A stretch of 64,000 bases of DNA from the NCBI RefSeq assembly GCF_040938485.1, contig NW_027270903.1, positions 2,914,001-2,978,000 of the forward strand. Direction: 5' to 3'. The notes below the pieces were generated by a model. The model was not told the origin of the DNA and ran no database searches. It saw only the letters and a program-made list of their open reading frames with translations. This document shows positions 50,201 through 62,679 of this stretch, piece after piece. Origin of the DNA: Diadema antillarum (lineage: Eukaryota). Numbering within the stretch: the first letter of the stretch is position 1; each line of letters opens with the position of its first letter. Both the position numbers and the translations under genes were made by a program.

Positions 50201-50974
50201 AGTACAGATATAAATATGCCTCGTTCCTCCAAACTCAGCTGTAAGGAGACATAATGTGGTTATCAATGTATATTCCTCTCCTATTAAAATCATTTTTATC
50301 TATCAAATACGTTTAAAAAATATTTCAAATAATCTTTTTTGGCCATAATTTGGAAAATTATTGTAATCTAGGGATAAATAAAACAAAAATAACAAATACA
50401 TACACTCGGCAATTCCTTGTACTTTCACGGGAGTCGCCGCAGAACTCTACACACATACAATGTATACACACAGTTCTGTGGGAATAATCGCACGGGATAT
50501 AAACTACAGTGGAGCAGATGAATGCCGAGAATACAGCACTCTTCGCCTCATAGATCTATCATTTGTTTAATAACCTCCCCATGAACAATACGGCGTCAAC
50601 AGGAAAGAAAAATCACATCTGATGATCTCCCGGGAGCTGCTGCCTTCACGTACGTATGACGTTGGAGTAGTACCGGTATTTACTACGGTAGTAAATAGAA
50701 GTTTTAAGAAAATAATTAGCGTCGATAGATTTGCCGTGAGACAATAATGTCTGATCAGCTGGTCTGGTCTGTCTGGTGTGGTGGTGCATGGGCCATGGTC
50801 ATAGACATTGTGATTGCAATTGTGTCTGCTCAAAATAAAAAAGATGCATTATCAGTTGAGATGGGGCTTCAGGTTTCCAACATTTTTTAATGATAATTTT
50901 TGAGATAAAAAGTTTCTGGAGATATAATAAACCTCTTATGTTCTGGTTTTAATGAAATATTGAAGAGCATATAT

Positions 50975-51523
50975 CAGTCCGGGAAACCCGCTCATGAGGA
51001 CCGCTCCCGCGTACGAGGACTGCCCCGCCTCATGAGGACCGCCCCCACGCCTCATGAGGACCGCCCCCATGCCTCATGAGGCCCGGGGGAACGCCTCATG
51101 AGGCCCCCCTATTCACTTCTATTCATCTCACATCTGACGTATAAATTGTCGCAACTTTGCACGGTGATTTTTTGTTACACACACATGTCCACTATCCATG
51201 ATGAACGTGTTTTAATGGGCGCTCTGCATCGGTTGATTAAAACTCGATTTTTGAAGAAAAAAAAAACAGATAGGATTTTTTCTTCTTTTCATCATCGATA
51301 GTGGACATGTGTGTGTAACAAAAAATCACTGTGCCAATTAAGTTGTGATAATTTATACGTCAGATGTGAGATGAATAGAAGTGAATAGGGGGGCCTCATG
51401 AGGCGTTCCCCCCGGGCCTCATGAGGCATGGGGGTGGTCCTCATGAGGCGTGGGGGCGGTCCTCATGAGGCGGGGCAGTCCTCGTACGCGGGAGCGGTCC
51501 TCATGAGCGGGTTTCCTGGACTG
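50975..51523. mobile_element. 549-bp foldback element with ~231-236-bp arms and an 82-bp spacer
   Basis: Termini CAGTCCGGGAAACCCGCTCA / TGAGCGGGTTTCCTGGACTG; ATAT at 50971-50974 and 51524-51527; CCTCATGAGG subrepeats. Confidence 0.9.
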
Positions 51524-52479
51524 ATATGCGAAATTTGATTCTAAGAGAAATTAAAAGTTTAACACAGGATGAAAATTGGCTTTGAAATGGCTGAGATATT
51601 CAAAACAAAGTGATCATATGTATTCACATCATTCAAATCACATCATAAGTAATTTAACATGTCATAAGTAACATTTTAAATTTGATTTTAAAAATGGGAA
51701 CAATCTGTATTTGGATCGCTTTGTTTTACTTTCAATTGTAATATCTCGGCCATGTCAAAACCAATTTTCATGGAAGAAACTTTGAAGTTCTCGCTCTAGA
51801 ATTGTATGCTCTTTGAAACCAAACATTTATTTATTTGAAGTAGTTTCGTATGTTAATCACAGAAGATACCGTACTAGGGTAAGAGCACCAGTATTCGGTC
51901 AGCTACCGGTATTCGGTCACTTATCACTAGTCACCAGCCAGTACGTTCAACTGTCACAACACACACAAATCAAATCACATCAATTCACATACTTGCACAC
52001 TCATTCACAACAGGTAACTCCCTTAGCCCCCTCCAAAAATCCATCCAAAATCCTGAATGTTACCGTCAAACGTGCAGATTTGGGGCTAATTTCCAAAATT
52101 GAGCACAGATAAGGCCCAGGTTTAAGAGTATGGGTCGCGGAAAAAGCGCTAAAAATCGCGAAAATAGGCCGTTCTCTTGCCGAATTTTTTGCTTATCGCA
52201 AGCTTGGAGTGTGATGGTATCCTCAAAAATGCAAAAGAAAAACAAAATTTCCGTATGTGCCGATACAGTGTCTCAATGTACAATTTAAGGGTTGAATGCA
52301 AGTGCCGAGTCCCCAGTATTTGGTCACGAACAGGCACCATTTTTCAGCTGCCTTGAACAGGCATTGACTTTGAACGCGCATATTGCGTGACCGAATACTG
52401 GTGTCGGTGATCGTATACTGGGGAATTTTCAAGGTGATAAATTTTGCGATTTTGTGAAATTCTGTGTGATATTCTGTGT

Positions 52480-52790
52480 GAGGAAGCGTGGAAAATGAAA
52501 CAGCGTGGTCGGAGAAAAGTCGTCACGGGCAGGAGCTTTGAGAGTGGTAATTGGCTGGTGAGACTGCACAGCTCGCCACTAATTGGTAGTTTGTGCCCGT
52601 GACAGCAAAACAAGGGGTGTGTTTATGAAAATCCGACTACTGGTAGAATGTGAAATATGCGTACCTCGGCAAGATGACAAAGGCGGAGAATGTAGTGCGC
52701 ACCTGTCAGTGTCGGCGCAGAAAGAAAGTTCGTGTGTCGACAAAAATAACTGGGGTCGCCAGACAGCGTGATTGACAGCAGCCAGACAAT
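52480..52790 (+). promoter_or_regulatory. Possible PDZD8 promoter / non-coding first exon region
   Basis: Local CpG enrichment upstream of the acceptor (54367) that precedes the PDZD8 ATG; no exon boundary could be fixed. Confidence 0.3.
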
Positions 52791-53085
52791 TTAATACAGA
52801 GATATTGGAAACAGCTACAACAGATTGAAAATTGAGATTAAAGAAATTTTATATATTTCACATACATTGCTGTACTAGTAGAGTTTGAAAAATATTGCAA
52901 AAAAGCTTAAGTGACTGAATACTGGGGATGTTATCCTCAATTCAAAAGCTGAATCATCACCTCATCCAATTAATAGTCTATATCTGCACTGGGCATAAAT
53001 GTACACAAGACTTGCAAGATCAGGGATAGGATAGGCATTGGAAAAAAAAAGAATTGCAGGTTTCTCTGCACAAGTGCATACCATC

Positions 53086-53120
<35 letters not shown>

Positions 53121-53162
53121 AAGGAATGCATCTTCAGATCGTATTTGAACATCAAAACAATA

Positions 53163-54255
53163 GTTTTTATGCCTCGCCACGAAGTGGTGCTGGAGGCATT
53201 ATGTCTTCTGGTTGTCCGTCCTGTCCATAATAAATTTTGTGGACAGCATAACTAAAAACCTTTTTAGGTATCATGGAACTTGGCATGTATGTGTATTAGG
53301 GGGTGAAGTTGTGCCTATCAACTTTTAGGTGCACCTACTCAATGTCGAAGACCAAAATGTCAAGGTCAAATGCTCAAATTTTCTCTATTTCCCCCATATC
53401 TATGCAATGCCTGAAGATACTTTCTTGAAACTTAGTGTATACATGTATTACCCAATTAAGACTCTCTGGGGAAAGTTTGGGGTTGTGAGGTGAACGGTCA
53501 AAAGGTCAATAAAAAATTTTAGAATTTCACCTTTTTTCTTCATTTCTTGGAAATGGTTTAAGGTATCTTCATGGCACATAGTCTTTTATGCATGTACTGA
53601 TCTGGCACTGATTATCAGGGGCAAAGGTCAAGAGCATTGCTTCAAAATTTTACTATTTCTCTCATATTTGTGCAATGCCTGCAGGATTGTTTTTTTTTCT
53701 AACTTGGTTTATGCATGTATAACCCAATAAAGATTCTCTGGGAAGTTGGTGTGTTTTTGCCAAAAAGGTCAAAGTTCTTAAGGTCAAAGATCAAGTGAAA
53801 GTGCTGTACTTAACTTCTTCCTCCATATCTCAGAAGTGGCTCAAGTTATCTTGAAACTTAGTACCTGGTACATATTTATGCATGTTCTGCCTTACAGTGG
53901 TTCTCGTATGAATTTTTGGGTCAAAGGTCAAGGGTCAAAGGCAAGATGAAAATGATAACAATGTACTGTTCAATACAGAAATTGCACTTTTTCTCCATAT
54001 CTTGAATATTACTCAGTGCATAAACTTTTGAAAGGGTCAAAGTCAAGTAAAAGTCCTAAAATCCCCAAATATATTAATACTCTTCCATTCATCTGATTAA
54101 ACCTACATGTGTAGGTCAAAAGGAAGGTGAACATTCAACACATTTGTGACAAACATGTCATTTTGATATTTTTCTAATTTGTGAAAATGTAATCATACAT
54201 TATCCACATGGACTATAGACCTATCATGCATTATGGCGGAGCCATACCACTAGTT
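53163..54255 (-). mobile_element. HINE-like non-autonomous element (reverse orientation) rich in GGTCAAAGGTCA
   Basis: TTTTTATGCCTCGCCAC..GGAGGCATTATG..GTCCGTCC at one end and TGGCGGAGCCATACCACTAGTT at the other. Confidence 0.65.
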
Positions 54256-54403
54256 ATATTATGCCACATGTTTCAATGTACTTCATGCTATAACAAGTGC
54301 TGTAATCTTGATAATATGATATCACTCCTCAAATAACAGTGTCTTTCACCTGTCTCATTCTATTCAGTGTTTCTCTGGAGGAGAACAGAGTGATCTAGCA
54401 GCC

Positions 54404-57400
54404 ATGTTGTTTGTGATCATCCTGTCTGTCCTCTTTGGAGGAGTCTTGATGCTGGTTCTCCAGGCCTCTTGGCTCTACTGGTACATCAAGCATGAACCTC
54501 AAAAACCCATCCCCAAGAAACACCTCTATGACAGAGTCCAGCAGGCAGGGGTAAGCCATTGCTCTGTGTCCCTCCCATCCATTTCATTTTGCCTCCTTTT
54601 TTCTTTTTTTTTTCTTTTACACTTTCCATGGCTGGCACCATATTTTCAAAAGTATGGGGGGGGGGGGGTGTGTGGGAAGGGGCACTTTCGGATTTTGCCA
54701 GCTGACAAGCAAAAAAAACAAAAAACAAAAAACAACAACAACAACAGACAAACAGCAATGGTCCTCAGCCGTTCACTTTTTTTTTTTTTTAGTGCCACTT
54801 CCGGGGTAAAAAAAGTGGGGGGTGGGGCCCAAAGTGGTGACACCCTACACTGTATGTATACAGTGGACATTCGTTATAATAAAGTCCTTGGGACCAGCAG
54901 TTTTCTTTCTTGAAATATCAAAATTTTGTTATAACTGAACAAAAATACATAGAGTGGATAATGTTTTGGCCTGAATTTTTACTTCGTTGTAACTGGAATT
55001 TCGTTATTTAAAGGACAAGTTCACCTTCATAGACATGTGGGTTGAGTGAATGCAGCAATATTAGTAGAGCACATCATTGAGAGTTTGAGGAAAATCGGAC
55101 AATCCGTTCAAAAGTTATGAATTTTTGAAGTTTCTGCTCACTCAAGGCTGGATGAGAAGACTACTATAGCTTGTGATGTCACATGAGTACAACGATATAA
55201 AGAAAGAATAAAGAAAATTCAACATATTTTCACTTTTCTCGCATAACAAAAGAACACTTGACTTCTCTCTTTCAGAAGGCAGGGGAAATAATATTACCCT
55301 TAACATATGTCAGTAACAAGTCGAAGAAATGTACACTTTATTCAAAAAGCAAAGTTTTGTGAAATTCTCTTTTTATTTTCTTTATATGGTTGTACGCATA
55401 TGACATCATACACTGTAGTAGTCTTCTCATCCAGCAGTGACTACGCAGATACTTTAAACATTCATAACTTTTGAACGGATTGTCTGATTTTCCCCAAACT
55501 TTCACTGATGTGTTCTACTAATATTGCTGCATTCACTCAATCCACATTATGAAGATGGACTTGTCCTTTAACGGAAGTGCACTATATCTATTCCTATGTA
55601 CAGGTGCAAAAATAGTGGACCCTGCTTCCTTCCCTTGAAGTTATGTAGTGGATTTTGTCTCAGTGTAACATTTAAGTTTTACTGTGAGTCTGCACATTGC
55701 GTGGTTGTGTTAACGCCAACTATTAACAAATTCTTATAATTTTCAATTTCCACAAAAATACTTTCAATGAAATCACTGTTTACATCTAGATCAATACGTC
55801 TCTTACAGTCAATATCATTTAATACATACATACCAACTCCTCCTCCACGCTTAGTTTTTCTATGATTTTCCTCAAATCTATAATTATCAATATTATACAA
55901 AGACAATGCAATATTATCATGAAACCATGTTTCAGTTATGCCTACGATAGAGGGCTTTACAGACAGAGAGTCGAAAAACAATATAACAATGCAACCTCAT
56001 CATATTGGATGCTGAATTGATGATGTCCATTCAGCATCCAATATCAAAGCTTATTTTGTGTAGAGTAGAGTAGAGTCATCCATTAGAAGTGTTGTAATAC
56101 ATGTACCAGTAATATTGGACATGCTCTGATAAGGTACACCCACGAGCCAAGAAGGCGAAATACTCATGTACACTTTGATCTTGCATATGGTCATAAAAGG
56201 ATCCGCTTCTGGCTGTGTATCAAACGTTGCATCTTTTATATTCCTTGTTGCATGTTCAGGAGCTGCGTAATCCATCCTTACTCCTTTTCAAGAAGGAGAC
56301 CTGCCATGCTGCCAATGCTCTCATCAGCTTCCTCTTCTGTGAGCTCAAGGACACTGTCTTCGTCCGCCGATGGATCATTAAGAAGATGAATGTAGAGTTT
56401 CAGGAGCTGCTCAATGCCAAGACTGCTGGGAAGATATTGGAGCAGATCACCGTGAGTATGGTTACTTAATAGGAAATTTGTACTGAAGATGTTCAAAGTG
56501 TATTTGAGAAACTAGACTAGGATGACTTATAAAGTAAAGTCACTCCAATTTGCCAATATAGTATCATACATTATTCTTTTGAACGCAGCTGCCGAATAGG
56601 AAAGTTTATTTTTTTCTTCCCATCTCATGCTAAATTGAATAAAGTAATTGACATGTTGTTATTGAGAGATGTGTCAATGATATGTAAGAAAGTGCAAATT
56701 GTTTGTATTCTTTGAGTTGGTAGGGTCTACACACTTATTTGCAGAACAAGGGGTTATGAGATTTTATTCACATGATGATATTAAAGTTCAATTATTATTT
56801 TGCTTTCATGCAATATCAGGGTTCTCGCCAGGAATTTCTTCATGCTTGTTGGCAGTTATACGCGGAAGCCTTCGCTAATGCTCAATACAACACATATAAA
56901 TCGCCGTTAAAATGCCACTAAATGCGACATTTTCACGGAGATGTAATGAACGTTGTGAGGGGCATATTCTCACAGAAACAATGCAGAAACTCCATACATT
57001 TTGTTGGCGGCAGTTCCTAAATAATAAATGAAAGAGAAGTAGGTGCCGATGGTGAAGGTTCCGATTTCTTTTAGGCCTTTCCTGTTTCACTGTTGCAATG
57101 ATTAGCCGTCTCCGCATCGCAACAACGCGCGCCGTGTACTAGCTAACTATAGTGTTTTTGCTTTCTCGCCGTCTGCTCGACCACGTGGTAGGCCTACTGC
57201 ATGCAATTAATGCGCGAGAAGCAATCGAGAACTTTCGGGACATCGTTGCACTTTCCTTTCTGGGTATACTGCGGTAGTTTGGCCGTGACATCAAAGAGAC
57301 ATAATACAAATCATACATGTAATGATGGTCATTATTCCGAAGGTTTGTTTAATCATAAAATGAAACGATTCATTACTGAGTACTTCGAAGGTTTGTAATC

Positions 57401-60400
57401 GGAAACAACAACACCAAAGGTCGGTATTATAGATGAATTTTCAACATAAACAAAACTGATTTCGTTCGAAGATGAACAAATTTTTTTTTCTTTATTGTTT
57501 TCCGATCAACGAACCTTCAGAAAGGAATCTATCATCTATCATCGTTATTGTGTCAGAATAACAAACCTGGCTTCAGAGTAAGAAAACACCGTTTGGGGGC
57601 CGTTGTTGTATTCCGAAATTATACTGGCAGAACGTTCGACATAACAAAACTGATTTCGTTTGGATATAAACAAATATTTCTCCTTTATCATTTTTCGATT
57701 AACGATCATTCAGAATTAAGAATGTGGAGTATTATTTTACCATTATTCTTTCGGAGTAACGAACTCTCAGAGTGCGAAAACTGTAACCGTTTTGGGCAGT
57801 CGTTTCATTCCGAAATTATACTGGCAGAACGTTCGAAATAACATAACTGATTTCGTTTGGAAATAAACGAACATTTCTTCTTTATCGTTTTCCGATTAAC
57901 GATCGTTCAGAACTAAGAATCTAAAGCATTTTATCATCATTATTCTTTGGAGTAACGAACCTTCAGAGTAAAAGAAAACTGTAACCGTTTTTGGGCCGTC
58001 CTTTTATTCCGAAATTTCACAGGCAGAAACGTTCGAAATAACAAAACTGATTTCGTTGTGAAATGAACGGACATTTTTTCTTAATCATTTTTGGATTAAC
58101 GAACCTTCAGAATAAAGAATGTAGCATTATTTTATCATTAATCTGTCGGAGTAACGAACCCCCAGAGTAAGAAAACTGCAACTGTTTTTGGGCAGTCGTT
58201 TTATTCTGAAATTTCAAGGCAAAACGTTCGAAATGACGCACTGATTTTGTTTTGAAATTAACGGACATTTTTCTTTCTTTAATTTTCGGTTAACAAACCT
58301 TCAGAATAAAGAATCTACAATTTATTATTTTATCATCACTATTTCTGTCGGAGTAACAGACCCTTAGAGTACGAAAACACGCTGTTTTGTGCCGTCGTTT
58401 TATTCCGAAATTTCACTGGCAGAACGTTTTAAATAACAAAACTGATTGCGCTGTGAAATGAACGGACATTTTTTCTTAATCATTTTTGGATTAACGAACC
58501 TTCAGAATAAAGAATCTAGCATTATTTTATCATTAATCTGTCGGAGTAACGAACCCCCAGAGTAAGAAAGCTGCAACTGTTTTTGGGCAGTCGTTTTATT
58601 CCGAAATTTCACTGGCAAAACGTTCGAAATGACGCACTGATTTCATTTTGAAATTAACTGACATTTTTCTTTATTTAATTTTCGGTTAAAAAACCTTCAG
58701 AATAAAGAATCTACAATTTATTATTTTATCATTACTATCTCTGTCGGAGTAACAGACCCTTAGAGTACTAAAACACGCTGTTTTGTGCCGTCGTTTTACA
58801 ATGTTTTCCGAAATTTCACTGGCAGAACGTTCGAAATAACAAAACTGATTGCGTTGAAATGAACAGACATTTTTCTTAATCATTTTTGGATTAACGAACC
58901 TTCAAAATAAAGAACGTAGCATTATTTTATCATTAATCTGTCGGAGTAACGAAAAAAAAATGAACCTTGGTGGTGATATTAACTGATGCTGGTGTAGAGA
59001 AAAACAAAGACAGCTTGCTCAAAAGATGCTTCCTTCTTTCAGTTTATTTTCTCCCCAGTCATTCCTATTGTTCTCCTCCCATGAACCCCTGCCATGCACG
59101 GACGATGAACAAAACAAAATGTTACCGACGCTGCAGTGAAAAAAAAGAAGAAAGAAACACGTGCTCGTAGCAAATTATCTACACTTTTCAAGTAAACAAA
59201 TTGATGTTCGTAATGAAGAATTTAAAAAAACACGACCACAAGCAGTGGGGAAACTTGATATCATGGCTTGTGGAAATTTCCACGAAATTTCCACGAAAGC
59301 CAGGCGTCGGATAAAGGAATGCCGCGTGTACTGCCACCTTGCTTCAGTGGTCGTAAACAGCGTGTACATAGCATGTAAACCAACTGGGAACTTGATGAAT
59401 GATATTATCCTTTTATTTTCTGCCCATGAAGGCCCCCTAACCCACCTGTTAACAAACCAAGCCAGAAGCACGTGGAGCATTACGTACGTTGAACTTGAAA
59501 GACCATCATGACAGAATTACCATAAATTTCGGCCCGGAGAAGGAAAATGGAATATTCACGAATGACGTTTACAAATCCATGGAAAGTGAAAAGGCTCAAA
59601 TGGAACGCATGGCTTTTTGAATAAAAAAGAATAAATAAATAACCCGCGGAAACTACCAAAACCAAAATAACAATTTGCATTTGCTTACTCCATCGCACGT
59701 TCTTTTTTCTTTTTTAAACGAAAGATGGAGTTAATTTTCTCTCTGCGGCAATGCTTTGAACGCATCTAATTTTGCGTCATTGCCGATGGCCAGCTTCCTA
59801 AAGAATTGATACGAATCCTTTCAAATATACGAAACAAAGTCTAAAAATGCTGGATCCTCGCGGGGAATTCCGGTTGTATTATAAATCCTGCTCACTATCA
59901 AAATTTAATCATCTGTTCCTTGCGCAATTTTACCAACCAACTGTTCCTGACATTTTCATCCTAATGTGTTCCCAAATTGTGACTCATTTTGCGAATAGAG
60001 AGACAGACAGGCAGACAAACGAACAAACAAACTAAAGCAGCAGCAAAAAAAAAAAAATACAACCTTTGGCGGAGGGGGGCATGCATTTCATATCGTTTGT
60101 TTTTGCGTAACCCGACAACAAGCGTGACATCAAGCGAGCACGTGTCAGCTTTCCTCAGCCTCCCTCGGCCTCCGACCCTCTCTTTCCGTCCTCTCTCATC
60201 TCTTTCTCTCACAATACCGTCGTACACACAGGCCGCTGTGCGGCCGGCTGGGTGATGCATGTGTGTGTGGATCCCGAATCAGATCGCATGTGAGTGAGCA
60301 AGTGTGTGATGTGGTGTGTACGTGTATGTGAAGCTAGTACGTCGCTATGTTGAGCCAAGGAGGTGAGTCTCACCTCCCTGGTTGAGCCGAGTTGTTGTGA

Positions 60401-62645
60401 TCGGTGCGTGATAACTTTTAGCGCTTGTAAACTGCTGCTCCTTTCAACATCTAGTTTCTTTTCTAGCCAGATAATAAAGACTGAAAAAGGCGAGAAATTG
60501 GTCCGAACTTAGCTTGTCAAGCATGCAGTTCACGCGTGGTGTTACCCTTGTCGGCAAGTTCACGCGTGGTGTTACCCTTGTCGGCAAGTTTTACCCTTGT
60601 CGGCAATTGTTTCTTCAAACCGCACACTTGTCGGCGCCGACAAGGGTGATATACGCTGGCGAGATCCCTGAATATACATTTTATATGTTTTTTATTTTTA
60701 TTAAATGATTAAAAGAAAGTGAATGAATTGACTGTCTGCCAAGAGAGATTCCAGTATCAGGCGTATAGATTTGGGGAAATGTTATTTTTGTGACAAAGAG
60801 TTTTCATTATGATCTGTGCGATCTATTCTGATCCGCATGTCATAATATTGTCCTTGAATCAAATTCTTACCTTTGTGAAATGCATCTCCATATACTATAT
60901 TCCTGACTGGGCACATTGTCCGAGGATCACATTCCCTTGAAAGCACACTAGTCCCTTTTATCTCTGTGTGCAATTGTATGCTTAAGAACCTTTGTATAGC
61001 TTTGGGAAATTGCTCCATAGAAATGTAGCAAAAAATTTGACATGCTTCCCCCTCTCCCAACAGCCTTTAATAAGTGGTTTACTGTAAAAGTGGATATTTT
61101 CCTGCGACTAATTTTTCACGCTTGGCCTGGTAAGAAGTGTTTAGCGTGTTTGTTATTCTGCAGAATCGAGAAAGCAACTACTTGAACATAATGGCAAGCA
61201 AAAATATTTGTAAGCTTTTATTTTTGCGCTAGTCTCTAGTTGCGCGGAATTTCCACTTATACAGTACATGTGCTTTTCGTCTTCTCTGATATCAAGGTGA
61301 GAGACTATTGTCTTGGATCTTCATTTCCTACTCTTGATGGAGTCACTCTCATGAAATTCACCTTGGAGGAAGGGTCGCAAATGCCGCAGGTAATATGATA
61401 AAGAGAAGCACTTACATTAGATGTCCTGTGCCTGTGATATGAGTAGCCTTTCCATTTCCGAGAATAGTTAAGAAGAATCATTTGGATTGGTCTCGCAATA
61501 AAAGCCCAAACCTAGTAGTAAATCACCATGGGCAATGTAGTGCAGCCTAAGTTGGTCTTTCTATCTTTTGTTTGTTCATGAAACACTGTTGATTTCTTGT
61601 ATTTTGTTGAAATTGTTAAAGCGATTTGAGTCTGTATAGAAAAGGCACTCTATAGATTTGGTTATTATAATTGCTAAATATTGTGCCTTTCAATTTACAG
61701 TTCGCATATTACTGTGCCATAGAAAGACAACAAGCTTCTACTGGACTGCCAAAGAGAAAAGATTGTTTGAGTGTGTGATGATAGATTTTTTTTTTTGTGG
61801 TAATAGATTTTTTTTTGTGTTTGATTCTCGCAGAACTTGTTTTTTCTCTAAATCCTTGTACCCATGATATTGGGGGAAAAAAATGTGTGTTTATCAGATT
61901 TGCTCTGATGTCATTTTGCACATTATATATTCCTCAGCTGGCAAATACTTAGCATTATAATTTACAAGTACATCTTTCAATGTTTTAATTGGCAATGCCT
62001 GCTATTGCATTTTGCGAAGCCATTGGTCAATGGTTTCATGATAATACTTCATTAGATATGAATGTGACAATAATTTTAATCTTGTAGAACATTTTATATG
62101 TTAAAGGTGTAAACAAACAGATAGTAAGCAGTGTGTGATATAGAGCAGTTCATGCCCATAACCATTTTGTTTTGTCTAAACTGGAATAGACTTATCTATG
62201 ATTTGAGTATATTACAGAATTTGTAATTCAATATCCATTCTTGCTACAGACAGCTATTGTGTAAGTGTGTATGTATGGGCAATTACATGTTGTTATGTAG
62301 AGGACTCATTTCGTACAGTAGGGTAGTCAACTTTATGTGTATTATATATGTGAATACTGCATGTCTTTAAAAAAACATTTTTGATGATTTTAAATGATAA
62401 GTGATTGTTAATTGTTTAGCAATTCACAATGTATAATGAAAGACCTTTGTTGTTTATGAATATGCTAGGTTGTTGATGTAGCAGTCGACCTTGACTACGG
62501 AGGGGGCTTCCGAGTCTCTGTGGATGTGGACCTTGTGTTTGGTACATCGGCCTACATTTCAGTGATAGTGACCAAACTGAAGGGGAGAGCCAGACTGCAG
62601 TTTTCTCGCGAGCCGTACACACACTGGTCATTTTCTTTCTATGAG
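54404..62645 (+). CDS. PDZD8: PDZ domain-containing protein 8, 5' part (TM anchor + SMP domain); exons 54404-54550, 56260-56451, 61297-61389, 62469-62645; continues beyond the window
   Basis: MLFVIILSVLFGGVLMLVLQASWLYWY (TM) / KETCHAANALISFLFCELKDTVFVRRWIIKKMNVEFQELLNAKTAGKILEQIT / VRDYCLGSSFP / DYGGGFRVSVDVDLVFGTSAYISVIVTKLKGRARLQFSREPYTHWSFSFYE matches the PDZD8 SMP domain as recalled. All GT-AG, phase 0. Confidence 0.92.
54859..55586. mobile_element. Family C-related MITE interrupted by a Kolobok-like element
   Basis: TACAGTGGACATTCGTTATAA..GTCCTTGGGACCAGC..TTTCGTTA|insertion|CGGAAGTGCACTATA. Confidence 0.75.
55008..55571. mobile_element. Uninterrupted Kolobok-like non-autonomous element (564 bp)
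   Basis: TTAAAGGACAAGTTCACCTTCAT ... ATGAAGATGGACTTGTCCTTTAA. Confidence 0.85.
55660..56050 (-). mobile_element. LINE (CR1/L2-like) APE endonuclease fragment in PDZD8 intron
   Basis: PSIVGITETWF..YNIDNYRF..RKTKRGGGVGMYV..IESIFVEI..LIVGV are typical APE-domain motifs (xETW, RxxxRGGGV). Confidence 0.85.
56817..60670. mobile_element. 3854-bp non-autonomous hAT-like element with a 5-bp TSD, carrying a satellite array
   Basis: TIR CAGGGTTCTCGCCAG (56817-56831) / CTGGCGAGATCCCTG (60656-60670), 14/15 match; AATAT on both flanks; subterminal CTTGTCGGC repeats at 60560-60640. Confidence 0.75.
57330..58953. repeat. AT-rich satellite array, ~197-bp monomer, ~8 copies
   Basis: GAGTAAC anchor at ~57754, 57950, 58149, 58351, 58544, 58747, 58944; left copies more diverged. 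Confidence 0.9.
61080..61266. mobile_element. TACTGTA...TACAGTA MITE 30 nt upstream of a PDZD8 acceptor
   Basis: TACTGTAAAAGTGGA ... TTCCACTTATACAGTA. Confidence 0.7.
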
Positions 62646-62679
62646 GTGAATTCATTGTGAGAGCACTGCTGGTTGCCCT

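Noticed and set aside
57330-58953. Regular repeat arrays (also 29300-30080) as CRISPR-like loci
   Set aside because: Units are contiguous 158- or 197-bp tandem repeats with no unique spacers and no cas genes, in a eukaryotic context.
59161-59511. ORFs inside the hAT-like element as transposase
   Set aside because: No BED finger, DDE or hAT dimerisation motifs visible.
6955-62645. U12-type introns or non-canonical splice sites
   Set aside because: All reconstructed donors are ordinary GT(A/G) U2-type; none has GTATCCT/ATATCCT.
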